Source of the DNA: an uncultured candidate division Zixibacteria bacterium
GTDB lineage: Bacteria > Zixibacteria > MSB-5A5 > GN15 > PGXB01
Reading direction: 5' to 3'
DNA: 64,000 nucleotides
NCBI GenBank assembly: GCA_963702205.1
Contig: OY969724.1
Span: 2,176,001 to 2,240,000 of the forward strand
The first letter of the stretch is position 1. Each line of letters opens with the position of its first letter. This document shows, in pieces, positions 50,014 to 61,614 of the stretch. A program made the position numbers and the translations under genes. A model generated the notes under the pieces. It saw nothing but the letters and a program-made list of their open reading frames with translations, did not search any database and was not told the DNA's origin.

Positions 50014-50625
50014 ATGTTAAGGATGTCAGTAATCCTGCCGTTGGCAGTTTTATTATTCTATGGCTGCTCCAAAACCGAAGACAAACATGTTACGCTGGAT
50101 GCAAAAAATACCGCGAGCGAAACTGGCGAATTAAACGAAACTGACGATTCGGGTTTCAAAATCTCCTGTCCGGAATTCAAAAACGGAGAGGGGATTCCGG
50201 AAAAATATTCCTGTATGGGTGATGCAATTTCCCCGCCGCTCGTTATAGAGGGTACACCCGATGCCGCAAAATCGCTGGCTTTGATATTCGACGATCCCGA
50301 TGCACCGCGCGGGACTTTTTATCACTGGATGTTGTTTAACATTCCGCCCGAATTCGCATATTTCCCAATTGATTTCGATAATACTCCGGAAATGGCGAAG
50401 TCACCGATTAAGGCGGCGCAGTTATATTACCCGCCCTGTCCTCCGCTGGGGGAAACGCACCGGTATTACATCCGGCTGTATGCCCTGGACACCATGTTAA
50501 ACGTCGGGGATAAATTCGAAGCGGTTTACTGGGCGAAACATCTGCAGGATGTAATGCAGGGTCATATTCTGGCCGAGGCGGTTTATATGGGGCGTTTCAG
50601 CCGCAATAAGCTGATCACCTATTAG
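50014..50625 (+). CDS. YbhB/YbcL (PEBP) lipoprotein
   Basis: DDPDAP, HW, PPCPP, HRY; lipobox FYGC. Confidence 0.9.
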   Translation: MLRMSVILPLAVLLFYGCSKTEDKHVTLDAKNTASETGELNETDDSGFKISCPEFKNGEGIPEKYSCMGDAISPPLVIEGTPDAAKSLALIFDDPDAPRGTFYHWMLFNIPPEFAYFPIDFDNTPEMAKSPIKAAQLYYPPCPPLGETHRYYIRLYALDTMLNVGDKFEAVYWAKHLQDVMQGHILAEAVYMGRFSRNKLITY

Positions 50626-51250
50626 CGGGAAAAGGGTCGTTCAGGTAGCTCCATAAGTACATACAGGCGACCGTGCGGTGCGGCCTCCATCGCTGTGAAA
50701 ATTTCTCGAAATCGGTCTTCTTGCGTTCCATACCGTAAAGTGTACTTATAGCATTCTGAATGCCGACATCGCAGGAGGGGAATATGTCGGGGCGCTTCAA
50801 ACGAAACATCAGAAACATCTCCGCGCTCCAGTGTCCCAGTCCTTTAACCGATGTTATCGCTTCGTAAACTTCTTCGTCGGTCATAAAAGGCAAACCCCGA
50901 ATTTTCAGCTTGCCTGTATCGACGTGGTCGATGAGGTCGCGTATGGAGCGAATCTTGGCCCACGACAACCCGGCGTCGCGAAGCTGTTGATCGGCGATTT
51001 TATTCATTTTATCCACAGTAATCACGCCTGCTCCCGTCAAATCCTTAACCCGCAAAAATATAGTGCGAGCAGCCTTACCCGACAGCATCTGACCGGCGAT
51101 AATCGAAACGAATGTCTCGAAATTCATGGGTTTGCAGGGAATCGTGAAAAGTCTGACCCGTCCAACCAGCTGAGCCATAATCTTGTCGTTTTTCTTCAGG
51201 AACTTTTCGCTCTCTTCAATCGAGAATTCGGGAATTTTTATCGGGGCCAT
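50615..51250 (-). CDS. DNA-3-methyladenine glycosylase II (AlkA family)
   Basis: GQMLS, HhH VKGLGHWSAEM, DIFP..D, WRPHR. Confidence 0.9.
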   Translation of the reverse strand: MAPIKIPEFSIEESEKFLKKNDKIMAQLVGRVRLFTIPCKPMNFETFVSIIAGQMLSGKAARTIFLRVKDLTGAGVITVDKMNKIADQQLRDAGLSWAKIRSIRDLIDHVDTGKLKIRGLPFMTDEEVYEAITSVKGLGHWSAEMFLMFRLKRPDIFPSCDVGIQNAISTLYGMERKKTDFEKFSQRWRPHRTVACMYLWSYLNDPFPANR

Positions 51251-51459
51251 AGAACATCCTTATTTAGGGTTAGAATATCCAAAGAACCTTATATGACAAA
51301 GCTCTGCAATCACTTTTTTAAATTAAAAAGCCCCGCCTGAAAGGGCTTGTTGAAAAAGCTTGTTCGGTCAGGTCCTGCGTCCCGATTTATCGGGACGTGA
51401 GACCTGACCGTCTTGTAAGTCACTGAAGCTAAAGAGGCCGTCAGCGACTGTCTAATTTG

Positions 51460-52600
<1,141 letters not shown>

Positions 52601-52718
52601 AGACGCAAAGATACAAGGTGTCAATCCCAACTTCGTCGGGATCAGCACCTGACGGAAAATATTGGCCCCACTTTTTCAACAAGCCTGAAAGGGCGGGGCA
52701 AAATTCACAATATTTTAT

Positions 52719-53780
52719 CTAATGACCATTGGGCCACAATGTCGCCCACGGGCAGTAATACTGCCAGTAGCCGGAAATGGGCATGGCGGCATCATCGGGA
52801 GGCAGAGAATAGTCCCCGAATTGTCCCGCCAGTAGGCCGCGACGGTGGTTCATGTCATCGACGAACTTACCCCAGAACAAGCCGTGACCCTGTCCGCACA
52901 ACGGACACATGCGCGCGTCGTCATAATACCAATAACCGTGGAATTCGAACAGCACGACGTCCAGCATCATGCCGGAAACCGTCCCGGAAAACTGACCCCA
53001 TTGGGTGTCATTGGTTGCCGGACCGCTGAAGGTCCCTGATATTATCCCCAGCGTATCGTCGTTGTAATTTACCCAGTAACCCGTTATATGTCCGGTCTGC
53101 CCGGTGTTATCATCTTTAATCCATTGACCGTTGATTGTGCCGCCCATGCAGCTGTTTTGCCATATCCGGCGGGAATGCACGGCCACGCCGTTGTTGTTAT
53201 CGGCCAGATAAAAAGTGTCAAGGCTGATTAAGTCGGACATATGGAATTCGAGTGTTATCGGGCCGGTTTGGAAGGTCAGTATCGGTGCGGCGAAATATTC
53301 AGCATCGGTGCGTACAGTTACCATAAAGCTGATACCGTCCAGATCGTTGCTGGTTTTTGACGCCCACATTGTCACGGTCGGCGAATCGGTGATGAGTACG
53401 GAATCCTGTCCGTCCTCGAAGTCAATCGTAAACCTGGACGAGACCGAGCCGATGGCGTTGATCGAAAGCGACCCCGACCAGTCGGTGACGGCCGTTGCTG
53501 ATGGAGCGTCGCCGAATCTGTCGCCCCATAGAAATGTAACGGAATAGGCTTCGCTGTTGCAGGCAATATCGACGGCATTTGAATCGAAATTCGACAGCCA
53601 GTCATTGGTCAGAGCATCATCATTGTCGGTCACATATTTTTTAAGCATCTCCTGCACATTACTCGGGATGTTCCCGGTCGCCGGATTCTGATTTTGTGAC
53701 CCTTCGGGGTTTGATGATTTATCGCTGCATCCGGACAGCGCGATAAACAAAACGGCTAAGAATAAAATTGAAAAGCGCAT
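52719..53780 (-). CDS. Hypothetical lipoprotein
   Basis: Lipobox LSGC; Gly/Trp-rich beta-strand C-terminal half with a CPLCG motif; start may be 53795. Confidence 0.75.
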   Translation of the reverse strand: MRFSILFLAVLFIALSGCSDKSSNPEGSQNQNPATGNIPSNVQEMLKKYVTDNDDALTNDWLSNFDSNAVDIACNSEAYSVTFLWGDRFGDAPSATAVTDWSGSLSINAIGSVSSRFTIDFEDGQDSVLITDSPTVTMWASKTSNDLDGISFMVTVRTDAEYFAAPILTFQTGPITLEFHMSDLISLDTFYLADNNNGVAVHSRRIWQNSCMGGTINGQWIKDDNTGQTGHITGYWVNYNDDTLGIISGTFSGPATNDTQWGQFSGTVSGMMLDVVLFEFHGYWYYDDARMCPLCGQGHGLFWGKFVDDMNHRRGLLAGQFGDYSLPPDDAAMPISGYWQYYCPWATLWPNGH

Positions 53781-53899
53781 ATCTTCACTCCCCATGAAAA
53801 CATAGAGTTTATTCCTACATAAAAAAATACGAGTTTAGTGGTATTTTGTCAATCTTTAGAAGCCTGGAGGCGAAATATGCGATCAGTCAAGAGGCCGGG

Positions 53900-54400
53900 C
53901 TATTCCATATTTCGGAAGGCCTTAATAACATCATACGGGTGTTCCGCATCCAGAAGTTCCTGGCGAAAATACTCGTGCTGCAGATCCATGGAAAGCTCTC
54001 TAAACACGCGTAAATACAGATTGTCATCGTATGGCGGAGCGGCCATGGCAAAAAACAGCTTAATCGGTTCATCATCAAGGGCGTTGAAGTTATATCCATC
54101 ACGGCTGCGGGCAAATGCGATAATAAATTCTTTGGCCTGCATGGACCGGACATGGGGGACGGCAATCCCGAGCCCAATGGCCGTCGTAGCTTTGCGCTCG
54201 CGGTTAATGAAGTCGGTCAGGAGCTTACACCGGTTGCCGATTATATCGGATTTTTCCAGAATTTCGACCAATCCTGAAAGAATGCGTTCTTTATTGCGTT
54301 CTTTCCACTTTTCCGAAGCGGAATCCTCCGGTTCAGGTTCCTGCTCGACCCGGAAGTCAAGCGAGATCAAATCTTCTTTGAAATATCTCCAAATACTCAT
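53900..54400 (-). CDS. PTS EIIA domain protein (Fru/Ntr family)
   Basis: NRERKATTAIGLGIAVPH phospho-His motif. Confidence 0.88.
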   Translation of the reverse strand: MSIWRYFKEDLISLDFRVEQEPEPEDSASEKWKERNKERILSGLVEILEKSDIIGNRCKLLTDFINRERKATTAIGLGIAVPHVRSMQAKEFIIAFARSRDGYNFNALDDEPIKLFFAMAAPPYDDNLYLRVFRELSMDLQHEYFRQELLDAEHPYDVIKAFRNME

Positions 54401-54641
54401 TATTTCTTATCTATCGGATGCAACCTTTTAAAACTAAACGAATTAAAGGGTCCGTATTTTATCTGTCAAGCGCTAAAATGGCCTTTTCATATTTTGAAAT
54501 ACTGCCCGGCCGCCAATTGTTCCTATTGACTTTCACGGCCTATTTATTTACTTTCGGGCGCCAATGAAACGTAATCTGTTTAGTCCGGCGCCTTTTATGC
54601 CGAACTAAATGTATAAACGATAAAACGTTAGAGGGTGTTTA

Positions 54642-56462
54642 TTGCCTGCATTCGAGAAAATTAAACGGACTCATACATGCGGCCAACTGACCGCTGCCGA
54701 CGTCGGCCAAAAGGTGGTATTAAACGGCTGGGTGCAGGAATACCGTAATCTTGGCGGCCTGCTGTTTATAGATATTCGTGATCGTTACGGCCTGACTCAG
54801 GTGATGATGAACCCCCAAAAAGTGGAAAAAAGCGTGTTTGATCTGGCATCAAAAGCCCGGCATGAGTTTGTGGTGGCCGCCTCCGGGACGGTGCAAATGC
54901 GGCCCGAGGGGACATTGAATAAAAAGATGGTCACCGGGGAAATCGAAGTTGCGGTAGATGACTTCCAAATCCTTTCGGAATCCAAAACGCCGCCGTTCGA
55001 AATAGTCGACAATCCCGATGCCTCCGAAGTGCTTAAGCTGGAATACCGCTATCTGGATTTGCGCCGCAAGCCGCTTCAGGAGAAAATCCGTATGAGGCAC
55101 ATGGCCTGTATGGCTGTCCGCGAATTCTTGTCCTCACAAAATTTTTATGAAATCGAAACGCCGATGTTGATGCGTTCGACACCCGAAGGTGCACGCGATT
55201 ATGTCGTGCCCAGCCGGGTACAAAAAGGTAAATTTTATGCACTTCCGCAGTCGCCGCAATTATTAAAGCAAATTCTGATGATTTCCGGCTATGACCGGTA
55301 TTTTCAATTGGCCCGCTGCCTGCGTGATGAAGACCTTCGCGCCGACCGTCAGCCGGAACACACTCAAATCGACCTGGAAATGTCGTTTGTCACCAGAGAC
55401 GACGTCTTCGCTATCGGCGAGGGACTTATGCCCCATGTATTCAAAAAAGTGCTTGGAGCGGAAATAGAATCGCCGTTTCCTCGTTACGATTATCATACGG
55501 CCATGAATCGCTGGGGGATAGATAAGCCCGATTTGCGCTTCGGGATGGAGCTTATAGATATAACGGACATTGTCGCTGACTGCGAATTTAAAGTTTTCTC
55601 GGAAACCATCAAAACCGGTGGAGTGGTTAAGGCCTTGTGTCTGAAAGGCGGGGCTTCTTATTCGCGCAAGCAGATTGATGAACTGACCGATGTCGCCAGG
55701 AATTTTGGGGCGGGCGGTCTGGCGTACATATTGAGAGCCTCCGAAGGGGATAAGTCGCCGATTCTGAAATTTATCGGTGAATCTATCAAGGATAAGATTT
55801 GCGAAAAAGCCGAAGCCCGGTCAGGTGATGCCGTGTTTATCATTTCTGATAAGAAGCTCAGGACAGAAAGCATCCTCGGCCAACTACGCATCCATCTGGG
55901 GAAGAAACATGATTTGATTCAGAAAGATCAATGGAAATTCCTGTGGGTCACGCACTTCCCTCTTTTTGAATATAATGAAGACGAAGACCGTCTGGATGCC
56001 ATGCACAATATAGTATCGATGCCGGTCGATGAGGAAATTCATCTTCTGGAAGAGAACTCCGACCTTCCTATAAGCGATGTGAACCACCCTCTACGTAAAA
56101 TCAGGGCCGATCAGTATGATCTTGTCTTAAACGGTATGGAGTTGGGGTCGGGAAGTATCCGCGTGCACCGCCGCGAAATCCAGCAGAAAATTTTAAACAT
56201 ACTTGGCATGTCCAATGAGCGCGCCGAAAAGATGTTCGGCTTTTTGCTGAAAGCACTGGAATACGGCGCTCCGCCGCACGGCGGCATTGCGCTTGGTATG
56301 GACCGGATTGTCATGCAGCTTACCGGGGCGGAAAGCCTCCGCGATGTCATCGCTTTTCCCAAGACGGCTTCGGCCCAGTCCCTTATGGACGGAGCCCCGT
56401 CGGATCTGGATCCGGAACAATTGACGGAACTCGGTTTGACGATTACGGGTTCAAAATCGTAG
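54642..56462 (+). CDS. aspS: Aspartate--tRNA ligase
   Basis: [42 protein letters not shown]. Confidence 0.97.
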   Translation: MPAFEKIKRTHTCGQLTAADVGQKVVLNGWVQEYRNLGGLLFIDIRDRYGLTQVMMNPQKVEKSVFDLASKARHEFVVAASGTVQMRPEGTLNKKMVTGEIEVAVDDFQILSESKTPPFEIVDNPDASEVLKLEYRYLDLRRKPLQEKIRMRHMACMAVREFLSSQNFYEIETPMLMRSTPEGARDYVVPSRVQKGKFYALPQSPQLLKQILMISGYDRYFQLARCLRDEDLRADRQPEHTQIDLEMSFVTRDDVFAIGEGLMPHVFKKVLGAEIESPFPRYDYHTAMNRWGIDKPDLRFGMELIDITDIVADCEFKVFSETIKTGGVVKALCLKGGASYSRKQIDELTDVARNFGAGGLAYILRASEGDKSPILKFIGESIKDKICEKAEARSGDAVFIISDKKLRTESILGQLRIHLGKKHDLIQKDQWKFLWVTHFPLFEYNEDEDRLDAMHNIVSMPVDEEIHLLEENSDLPISDVNHPLRKIRADQYDLVLNGMELGSGSIRVHRREIQQKILNILGMSNERAEKMFGFLLKALEYGAPPHGGIALGMDRIVMQLTGAESLRDVIAFPKTASAQSLMDGAPSDLDPEQLTELGLTITGSKS

Positions 56463-56478
56463 GTGGTACGGAGAAATT

Positions 56479-57462
56479 TTGAACGATAAAGTAACTGAGA
56501 CATTTAGCCTGGGTGATATCGACCCCCGTCTCATTTTCGGACAAAACGACAAGAACCTGCGAACCATCGAACGCGCCTTTCCGCTAAATATAGTCGTGCG
56601 CGGCGATAAAGCCATAATCGAAGGCGATGCAACACAGGTAAAAAAAGTTACCCGTCTGTTTCACGATCTGTTGGAGCGGGTGCGGCAGGGGGAATATATC
56701 AACGACCAGTATTTAAATTATTCCATTGAGTCGATTATGCTCGACGGTATCGCGCCAGCGCAGGAATTGGGCGAAAACAATCATCTGGCCGGTTTGAAAA
56801 GACCCTTTTTAAAGCCCAAAACGATTGGCCAAAGAAAATATCTCGACGCCATCCTCAATAATGACATCGTCTTTTCTATCGGCCCGGCCGGGACGGGCAA
56901 AACCTATCTGGCCGTGGGCGAGGCGGTGGCGGCGCTTAAGGATAAGCGGGTCAATCGGATCGTGCTGGTTCGTCCGGCCGTGGAAGCCGGGGAATCGCTG
57001 GGCTTTCTACCGGGCGACATTCGGGCCAAGGTCGATCCGTATTTGCGCCCGGTTTATGATGCCCTGCACAATATGCTGCCCCCCGAGAAGATTCAGAAAT
57101 ATATAGAGCTGGGCGTGATCGAAATTGTCCCGCTGGCTTTCATGCGCGGCCGGACGCTTGACAAGACGTTTGTCATACTCGATGAAGCTCAAAATACGAC
57201 GCCAGGGCAGATGAAGATGTTTTTGACGCGCCTGGGAGCCGATTCCAAGGCGGTCATAACCGGCGATATTACCCAGATAGACCTTGCCAAAGATAAAAAA
57301 TCGGGTTTGATTATAATCCAGGGTATCCTGGTCGATATCGAGGGTATTGAGTTTGTTTATTTGAGCGACAGGGATGTCGTTCGTCATCCTCTTGTACAGA
57401 AGATAATTCGTGCGTATGAAGGTTACGAGAGGAATCTTCGAAAGGAGTCGGGGGATAAATAA
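56479..57462 (+). CDS. phoH: PhoH-like ATPase (YbeZ)
   Basis: GPAGTGKT, GFLPGD, MRGRT, DEAQN, GDITQID. Confidence 0.95.
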   Translation: MNDKVTETFSLGDIDPRLIFGQNDKNLRTIERAFPLNIVVRGDKAIIEGDATQVKKVTRLFHDLLERVRQGEYINDQYLNYSIESIMLDGIAPAQELGENNHLAGLKRPFLKPKTIGQRKYLDAILNNDIVFSIGPAGTGKTYLAVGEAVAALKDKRVNRIVLVRPAVEAGESLGFLPGDIRAKVDPYLRPVYDALHNMLPPEKIQKYIELGVIEIVPLAFMRGRTLDKTFVILDEAQNTTPGQMKMFLTRLGADSKAVITGDITQIDLAKDKKSGLIIIQGILVDIEGIEFVYLSDRDVVRHPLVQKIIRAYEGYERNLRKESGDK

Positions 57463-57471
57463 TCCCCGCCG

Positions 57472-59754
57472 ATGTATAAAATTCTCCTGCGCCTGAAAAG
57501 GCTGATAAAACGTCGTCTGAAAATCAAGGCCGAAACCAGGCAGGTAATCGAAACCGGACCCCGAAACAAGTTTTATAAAGCCGTGATGTTAATCGCTGCG
57601 GCCGGGCTTTTATCTTTTATATATCCGGCCGATGAGGTTTTCTATCCTTTGGATTATCCCCGCAAGGGTGAGATTGCGGTCGAGGATATTATCGCTCCTT
57701 TTCAGGTTACCGTTTATAAAACCGACGCCCAACTGCGAGAAGAGCGTCAGGATGCCGCCGACGCCGTCCCGACCATTGTAGAATACGAACAAAATGTGGT
57801 TGATTCGGCGATGGCTCGTTTCGAGCAGTTTATGACGCTTGTGAAAAAGAAATCGGCTGCGTTTAAAAAAACGCTTGCGGGCCACAATTTTGACCCCCGT
57901 CAGGTGGACAGCCTGATTAACGTGGTCAAAGATAACGTCGCCGGCGTATTTCCATTGGTAGACACATCGGTCGTAAGGCGCCTGCTGTTCGAAAACGACC
58001 TGAATCTGGTCGAAAAGGTCATTCGCGAAATCCTTGAGAATTCGATATACTATTATGGGGTAATTTCCGACCGGGAGACGCTGCCGAACACGAAAAACAG
58101 GTCGGTTGTTATAAAGATGGACAACCGCGAAATATATCAGGTTCGTGATAAACTGCTGGATACCTATCGAGCCAATGTAGCTTTTCGATCGGATTTGCGT
58201 CAGCGATCGTTATCAGATTCAATCGACGTCGAATTATGCTACGATTTGGGGCGTCGTTTCATCGTGCCCAATTTATCTTTAAGCGTAGGTGAAATGCAAT
58301 CCCGGCGTGATGAGGCTATGTCGGAAATTTCCAATGTGAGCGAAGTGATTAATTCCGGCGACGTCATCATTCAGGCGGGCGCCCGGGTGGACGAAAGCCA
58401 GGAGCGGGCACTCAAGGAAATCTTCCGCCAGGAGGAATCGCGTCTGCGCAAAGAGGGATGGTATCGGCCGTTTGTCCCGGCGCTGGCCCGTTTCTTACTT
58501 ATTCTCGCGATTTTCGGTTTCATGTATATATATCTGTTCAATTTCCACCCGCTGGTTTTCGGGTCGAATCCCAAGCTGCTGGCGATATTTCTCGTGTACG
58601 GCGTCAGCCTGTTGTTGATTTATATTTCAAGGATTGTCGAAACCAATATGGAATTGTCGTTCTATATCTATCCTCTGGCCATCCTGCCGATCCTGCTGAC
58701 CGTCCTGTTCAACGCCCGGGTCGGTATATTCGGGACTATCATGCTGGCTATTATGCTGGGGATATTGCACCGTTTCAATTTTACATTGACGATGGTAACG
58801 ATCTTCACGGGCATGGTCGCTTCATATTCGACCAGCCGTGTCAGGCACCGTACCGAATTTTTCAGAACTTCGATTTATCTGGCTTTGACGTATGTGGTCT
58901 TAATACTGCTGTTTGCTTCATTCAAAATATCTCCGGAAGAAAATATGACCGGCCTGATGGGCCAGGGGTTGTTTGTGGCCGCGGTGTCGCCTTTGCTGGC
59001 TATGGGTATTCTCCCGTTTTTCGAATCTTTGTTCGGCTTTACGACCGATTTGACGCTGCTGGAGCTGTCCGACCTGAACAACCCTCTGTTGAAGCGGCTG
59101 GCGATGGAAGCGCCGGGGACATACCACCATTCGATACTGGTGGGCAATCTCGCCGAGGCGGCCGCCAAAGCCATCGACGCCAATCCTCTGCTGGCCCGGG
59201 TGGGGGCGTACTATCATGATATCGGCAAAATGGAAATCCCGGAATATTTCGTCGAAAACCAGCTCGGGATAAAGTCAAAACACGACAGTTTGACTCCCAG
59301 TGTTTCGGCGATTATATTGTCCTCGCACGTCAAGAAAGGACGACTGTTGGGAGAAGAGGCGGATTTACCGGACGAGGTTCTTAACTTTATCGAAGAGCAT
59401 CACGGGACCATGGTTATGTCGTATTTTTATAATAAGGCCAAAGAGCAGGGCGAAGAGGCTCCGGACGATGAAGATTTCAGATATCCCGGCCCGAAGCCGC
59501 GGACACGGGAGACGGCTACGGTCATGCTGGCCGATTCGGTCGAAGCCGCCAGCCGGACTCTGACCGATCCGAAGCCGGCTCGGATTCGGAATCTCGTGCA
59601 GAATATTATTAACGATCGTTTTCAATCCGGTGAGTTCGAGGAATGTCCATTGACCCTGAAGGACCTGGCCAATATCCGTGAGTCGTTCGTGCAGATATTG
59701 ATAGGTGTTTTCCACCATCGGGTGGCCTATCCGAAAAAAGAAGAGAAAGTATGA
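57472..59754 (+). CDS. pgpH: 7TM-HD (HDIG) phosphohydrolase, PgpH-like c-di-AMP phosphodiesterase
   Basis: Extracytoplasmic domain, multi-TM, APGTYHHS, YHDIGK, EHHGT, MLADSVEAA. Confidence 0.85.
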   Translation: MYKILLRLKRLIKRRLKIKAETRQVIETGPRNKFYKAVMLIAAAGLLSFIYPADEVFYPLDYPRKGEIAVEDIIAPFQVTVYKTDAQLREERQDAADAVPTIVEYEQNVVDSAMARFEQFMTLVKKKSAAFKKTLAGHNFDPRQVDSLINVVKDNVAGVFPLVDTSVVRRLLFENDLNLVEKVIREILENSIYYYGVISDRETLPNTKNRSVVIKMDNREIYQVRDKLLDTYRANVAFRSDLRQRSLSDSIDVELCYDLGRRFIVPNLSLSVGEMQSRRDEAMSEISNVSEVINSGDVIIQAGARVDESQERALKEIFRQEESRLRKEGWYRPFVPALARFLLILAIFGFMYIYLFNFHPLVFGSNPKLLAIFLVYGVSLLLIYISRIVETNMELSFYIYPLAILPILLTVLFNARVGIFGTIMLAIMLGILHRFNFTLTMVTIFTGMVASYSTSRVRHRTEFFRTSIYLALTYVVLILLFASFKISPEENMTGLMGQGLFVAAVSPLLAMGILPFFESLFGFTTDLTLLELSDLNNPLLKRLAMEAPGTYHHSILVGNLAEAAAKAIDANPLLARVGAYYHDIGKMEIPEYFVENQLGIKSKHDSLTPSVSAIILSSHVKKGRLLGEEADLPDEVLNFIEEHHGTMVMSYFYNKAKEQGEEAPDDEDFRYPGPKPRTRETATVMLADSVEAASRTLTDPKPARIRNLVQNIINDRFQSGEFEECPLTLKDLANIRESFVQILIGVFHHRVAYPKKEEKV

Positions 59755-60176
59755 GGCTGAATATAATTTCCGAATCCAATCGACGCATTCCGCGAAAGAA
59801 AATTGCCCGGCTTATGAAACTGATCGATGAGGAAGAAGAGCCCCCCGGCAGTACGGTCAATATAGTCTTTACGCGCGACCGCAAAATTGCATCGTTGAAT
59901 CGCAAATATCGCGGACGTCCCGGTGCCACCGATGTATTGTCGTTCAATATTGACGATAGCACCGGACCCGACGCCGTTCTTGGAGAAATTTATATTTCGA
60001 CCGATACCGCCCGGAAGAATCTCAAAACATTCGGCGGGACCATTCAATCGGAATTTCTCAGGCTTTGCTGCCACGGCATGCTCCATCTGCTCGGATACGA
60101 TCATTCCAAACGAAAAGACCGGGAGGAAATGCAAAGTCGGGAAGAATATTATCTGGAGAAATTGAGTCGATGCTGA
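59751..60176 (+). CDS. ybeY: rRNA maturation endoribonuclease
   Basis: TDVLSF, LGEIYIS, HGMLHLLGYDH. Confidence 0.95.
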   Translation: MRLNIISESNRRIPRKKIARLMKLIDEEEEPPGSTVNIVFTRDRKIASLNRKYRGRPGATDVLSFNIDDSTGPDAVLGEIYISTDTARKNLKTFGGTIQSEFLRLCCHGMLHLLGYDHSKRKDREEMQSREEYYLEKLSRC

Positions 60177-61445
60177 TGGCGATCTACATCGTTTGCATTA
60201 TCGGGATATATTACGCCGGGTATAAATTCGGGCTGTACCTCATCGGCTCTGTACATGGAGCCGGAGGAGGTCGATGAATTTTCATCGCGTTTGTCTCCGT
60301 TCACGAAGAATAATCTCAACCGGCTATTCAAAAATCCACGGCAAATTCTCCGCCTGGCGATGCTGGTCAAATCTTTCGCCCTCGTGCTCTTGTCATTCTT
60401 CGCGATTCTCATCGGCCAGTTGGTGATATTCAAATACGTGCTCAATCCGGCCGCGACGATGTTCGCGGCGCTTCTGATGGTTTGGATACTGCACGTGTTT
60501 TTTTTCGAATACCTGCCGCGACGGCGGCCGATACGGCAGATCGACCAGAAGACGGTCAAATTTTTGCCTTTTCTCGGGATGATATACTTCATTTTCAGGC
60601 CGCTTTTAAGGTACTACAATAAGCTTTTCGTGATGGACCCCAACGACAAAATAACGGAAGAACAAAAGGAAGACATTGTCGAACGGGCCATAGAATCTCT
60701 GGCCGACCAGACCGGAGCCGGGGAGCGGATTATCGAGGAAGATGAAAAAGAGATGATCGGCCAGATTTTTCAACTCGACGTCACCGAAGTGCGCGAGGTG
60801 ATGGTGCCGCGTATGGATATAGTTGGCATTCCCAAAACCGCTGCTTTTGAGGACATTCGCTCCAAGGCGCGTGAGGTTGGCTACTCTCGTTACCCGGTTT
60901 ACGACGAAACGCCGGACAAGATAATCGGCGTCTTATATATAAAGGATATATTCCATGATCCCCGAAGCCAGAGCGGGTCATTCGATGTAACCCATTTTAT
61001 GCGGCCGCCGTATTTCGTGCCCGAAAGCAAAATAATCAGCGACCTTCTGGCGGATTTCAAGGCCAATAAAATCCATATCGCGATCGCCATTGACGAATAC
61101 GGAGGCACGGCCGGGCTGGTGACATTGGAAGACATTCTCGAGGAGATCGTCGGAGAAATCCAGGATGAGTACGATACCGAACCCTTGCCGATTGTGAAGC
61201 TCTCCGACAATTCGGTGCAGGCCGATGCGGCGGTTTCAGTGGAAAAACTCCTTGAAGAATTCAATCTCGATTACGATAACAATGAGTTCGAGACGATTAG
61301 CGGTTTAATTTACGATCTGGTCGGGTCGGTTCCGTCGGCCGGGACCAAGATCAAATGGAAAGATATCATTTTCGAAATCGTCGATATTGAAGGTCAGCGG
61401 ATCAACACGGTCAAAGCCTGGGTGAAGAAAAGCGCCGAAATCTGA
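60170..61445 (+). CDS. CNNM/CorC-HlyC (hemolysin-family) CBS protein with apparent +1 frameshift at 60238-60239
   Basis: VREVMVPR, YSRYPVY, DEYGGTAGLVTLEDILEEIVGEI; the first TM (MLMAIYIVCIIGIYYAG) is out of frame with the 60255 ORF. Confidence 0.85.
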
Positions 61446-61614
61446 CCGGAAAACCCACTATTTCTCTTATGAATTTATTTTTATTGGACTTTTTTTGAAC
61501 AAATTGATAAGCTTGGCGATGCTTAGCTATAATATTTCGAAAATTGGTGCGTATGGTATATTTATCAATTCCCGATCCTGTAATATTTACGACCTTTATT
61601 AGGAGGTTTGGAAA

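Noticed and set aside
60174..60257. Selenocysteine read-through fusing ybeY (ends TGC-TGA) to the in-frame CorC ORF
   Set aside because: The read-through peptide is not TM-like and no convincing SECIS is visible; a +1 frameshift restoring the hydrophobic helix explains the region better
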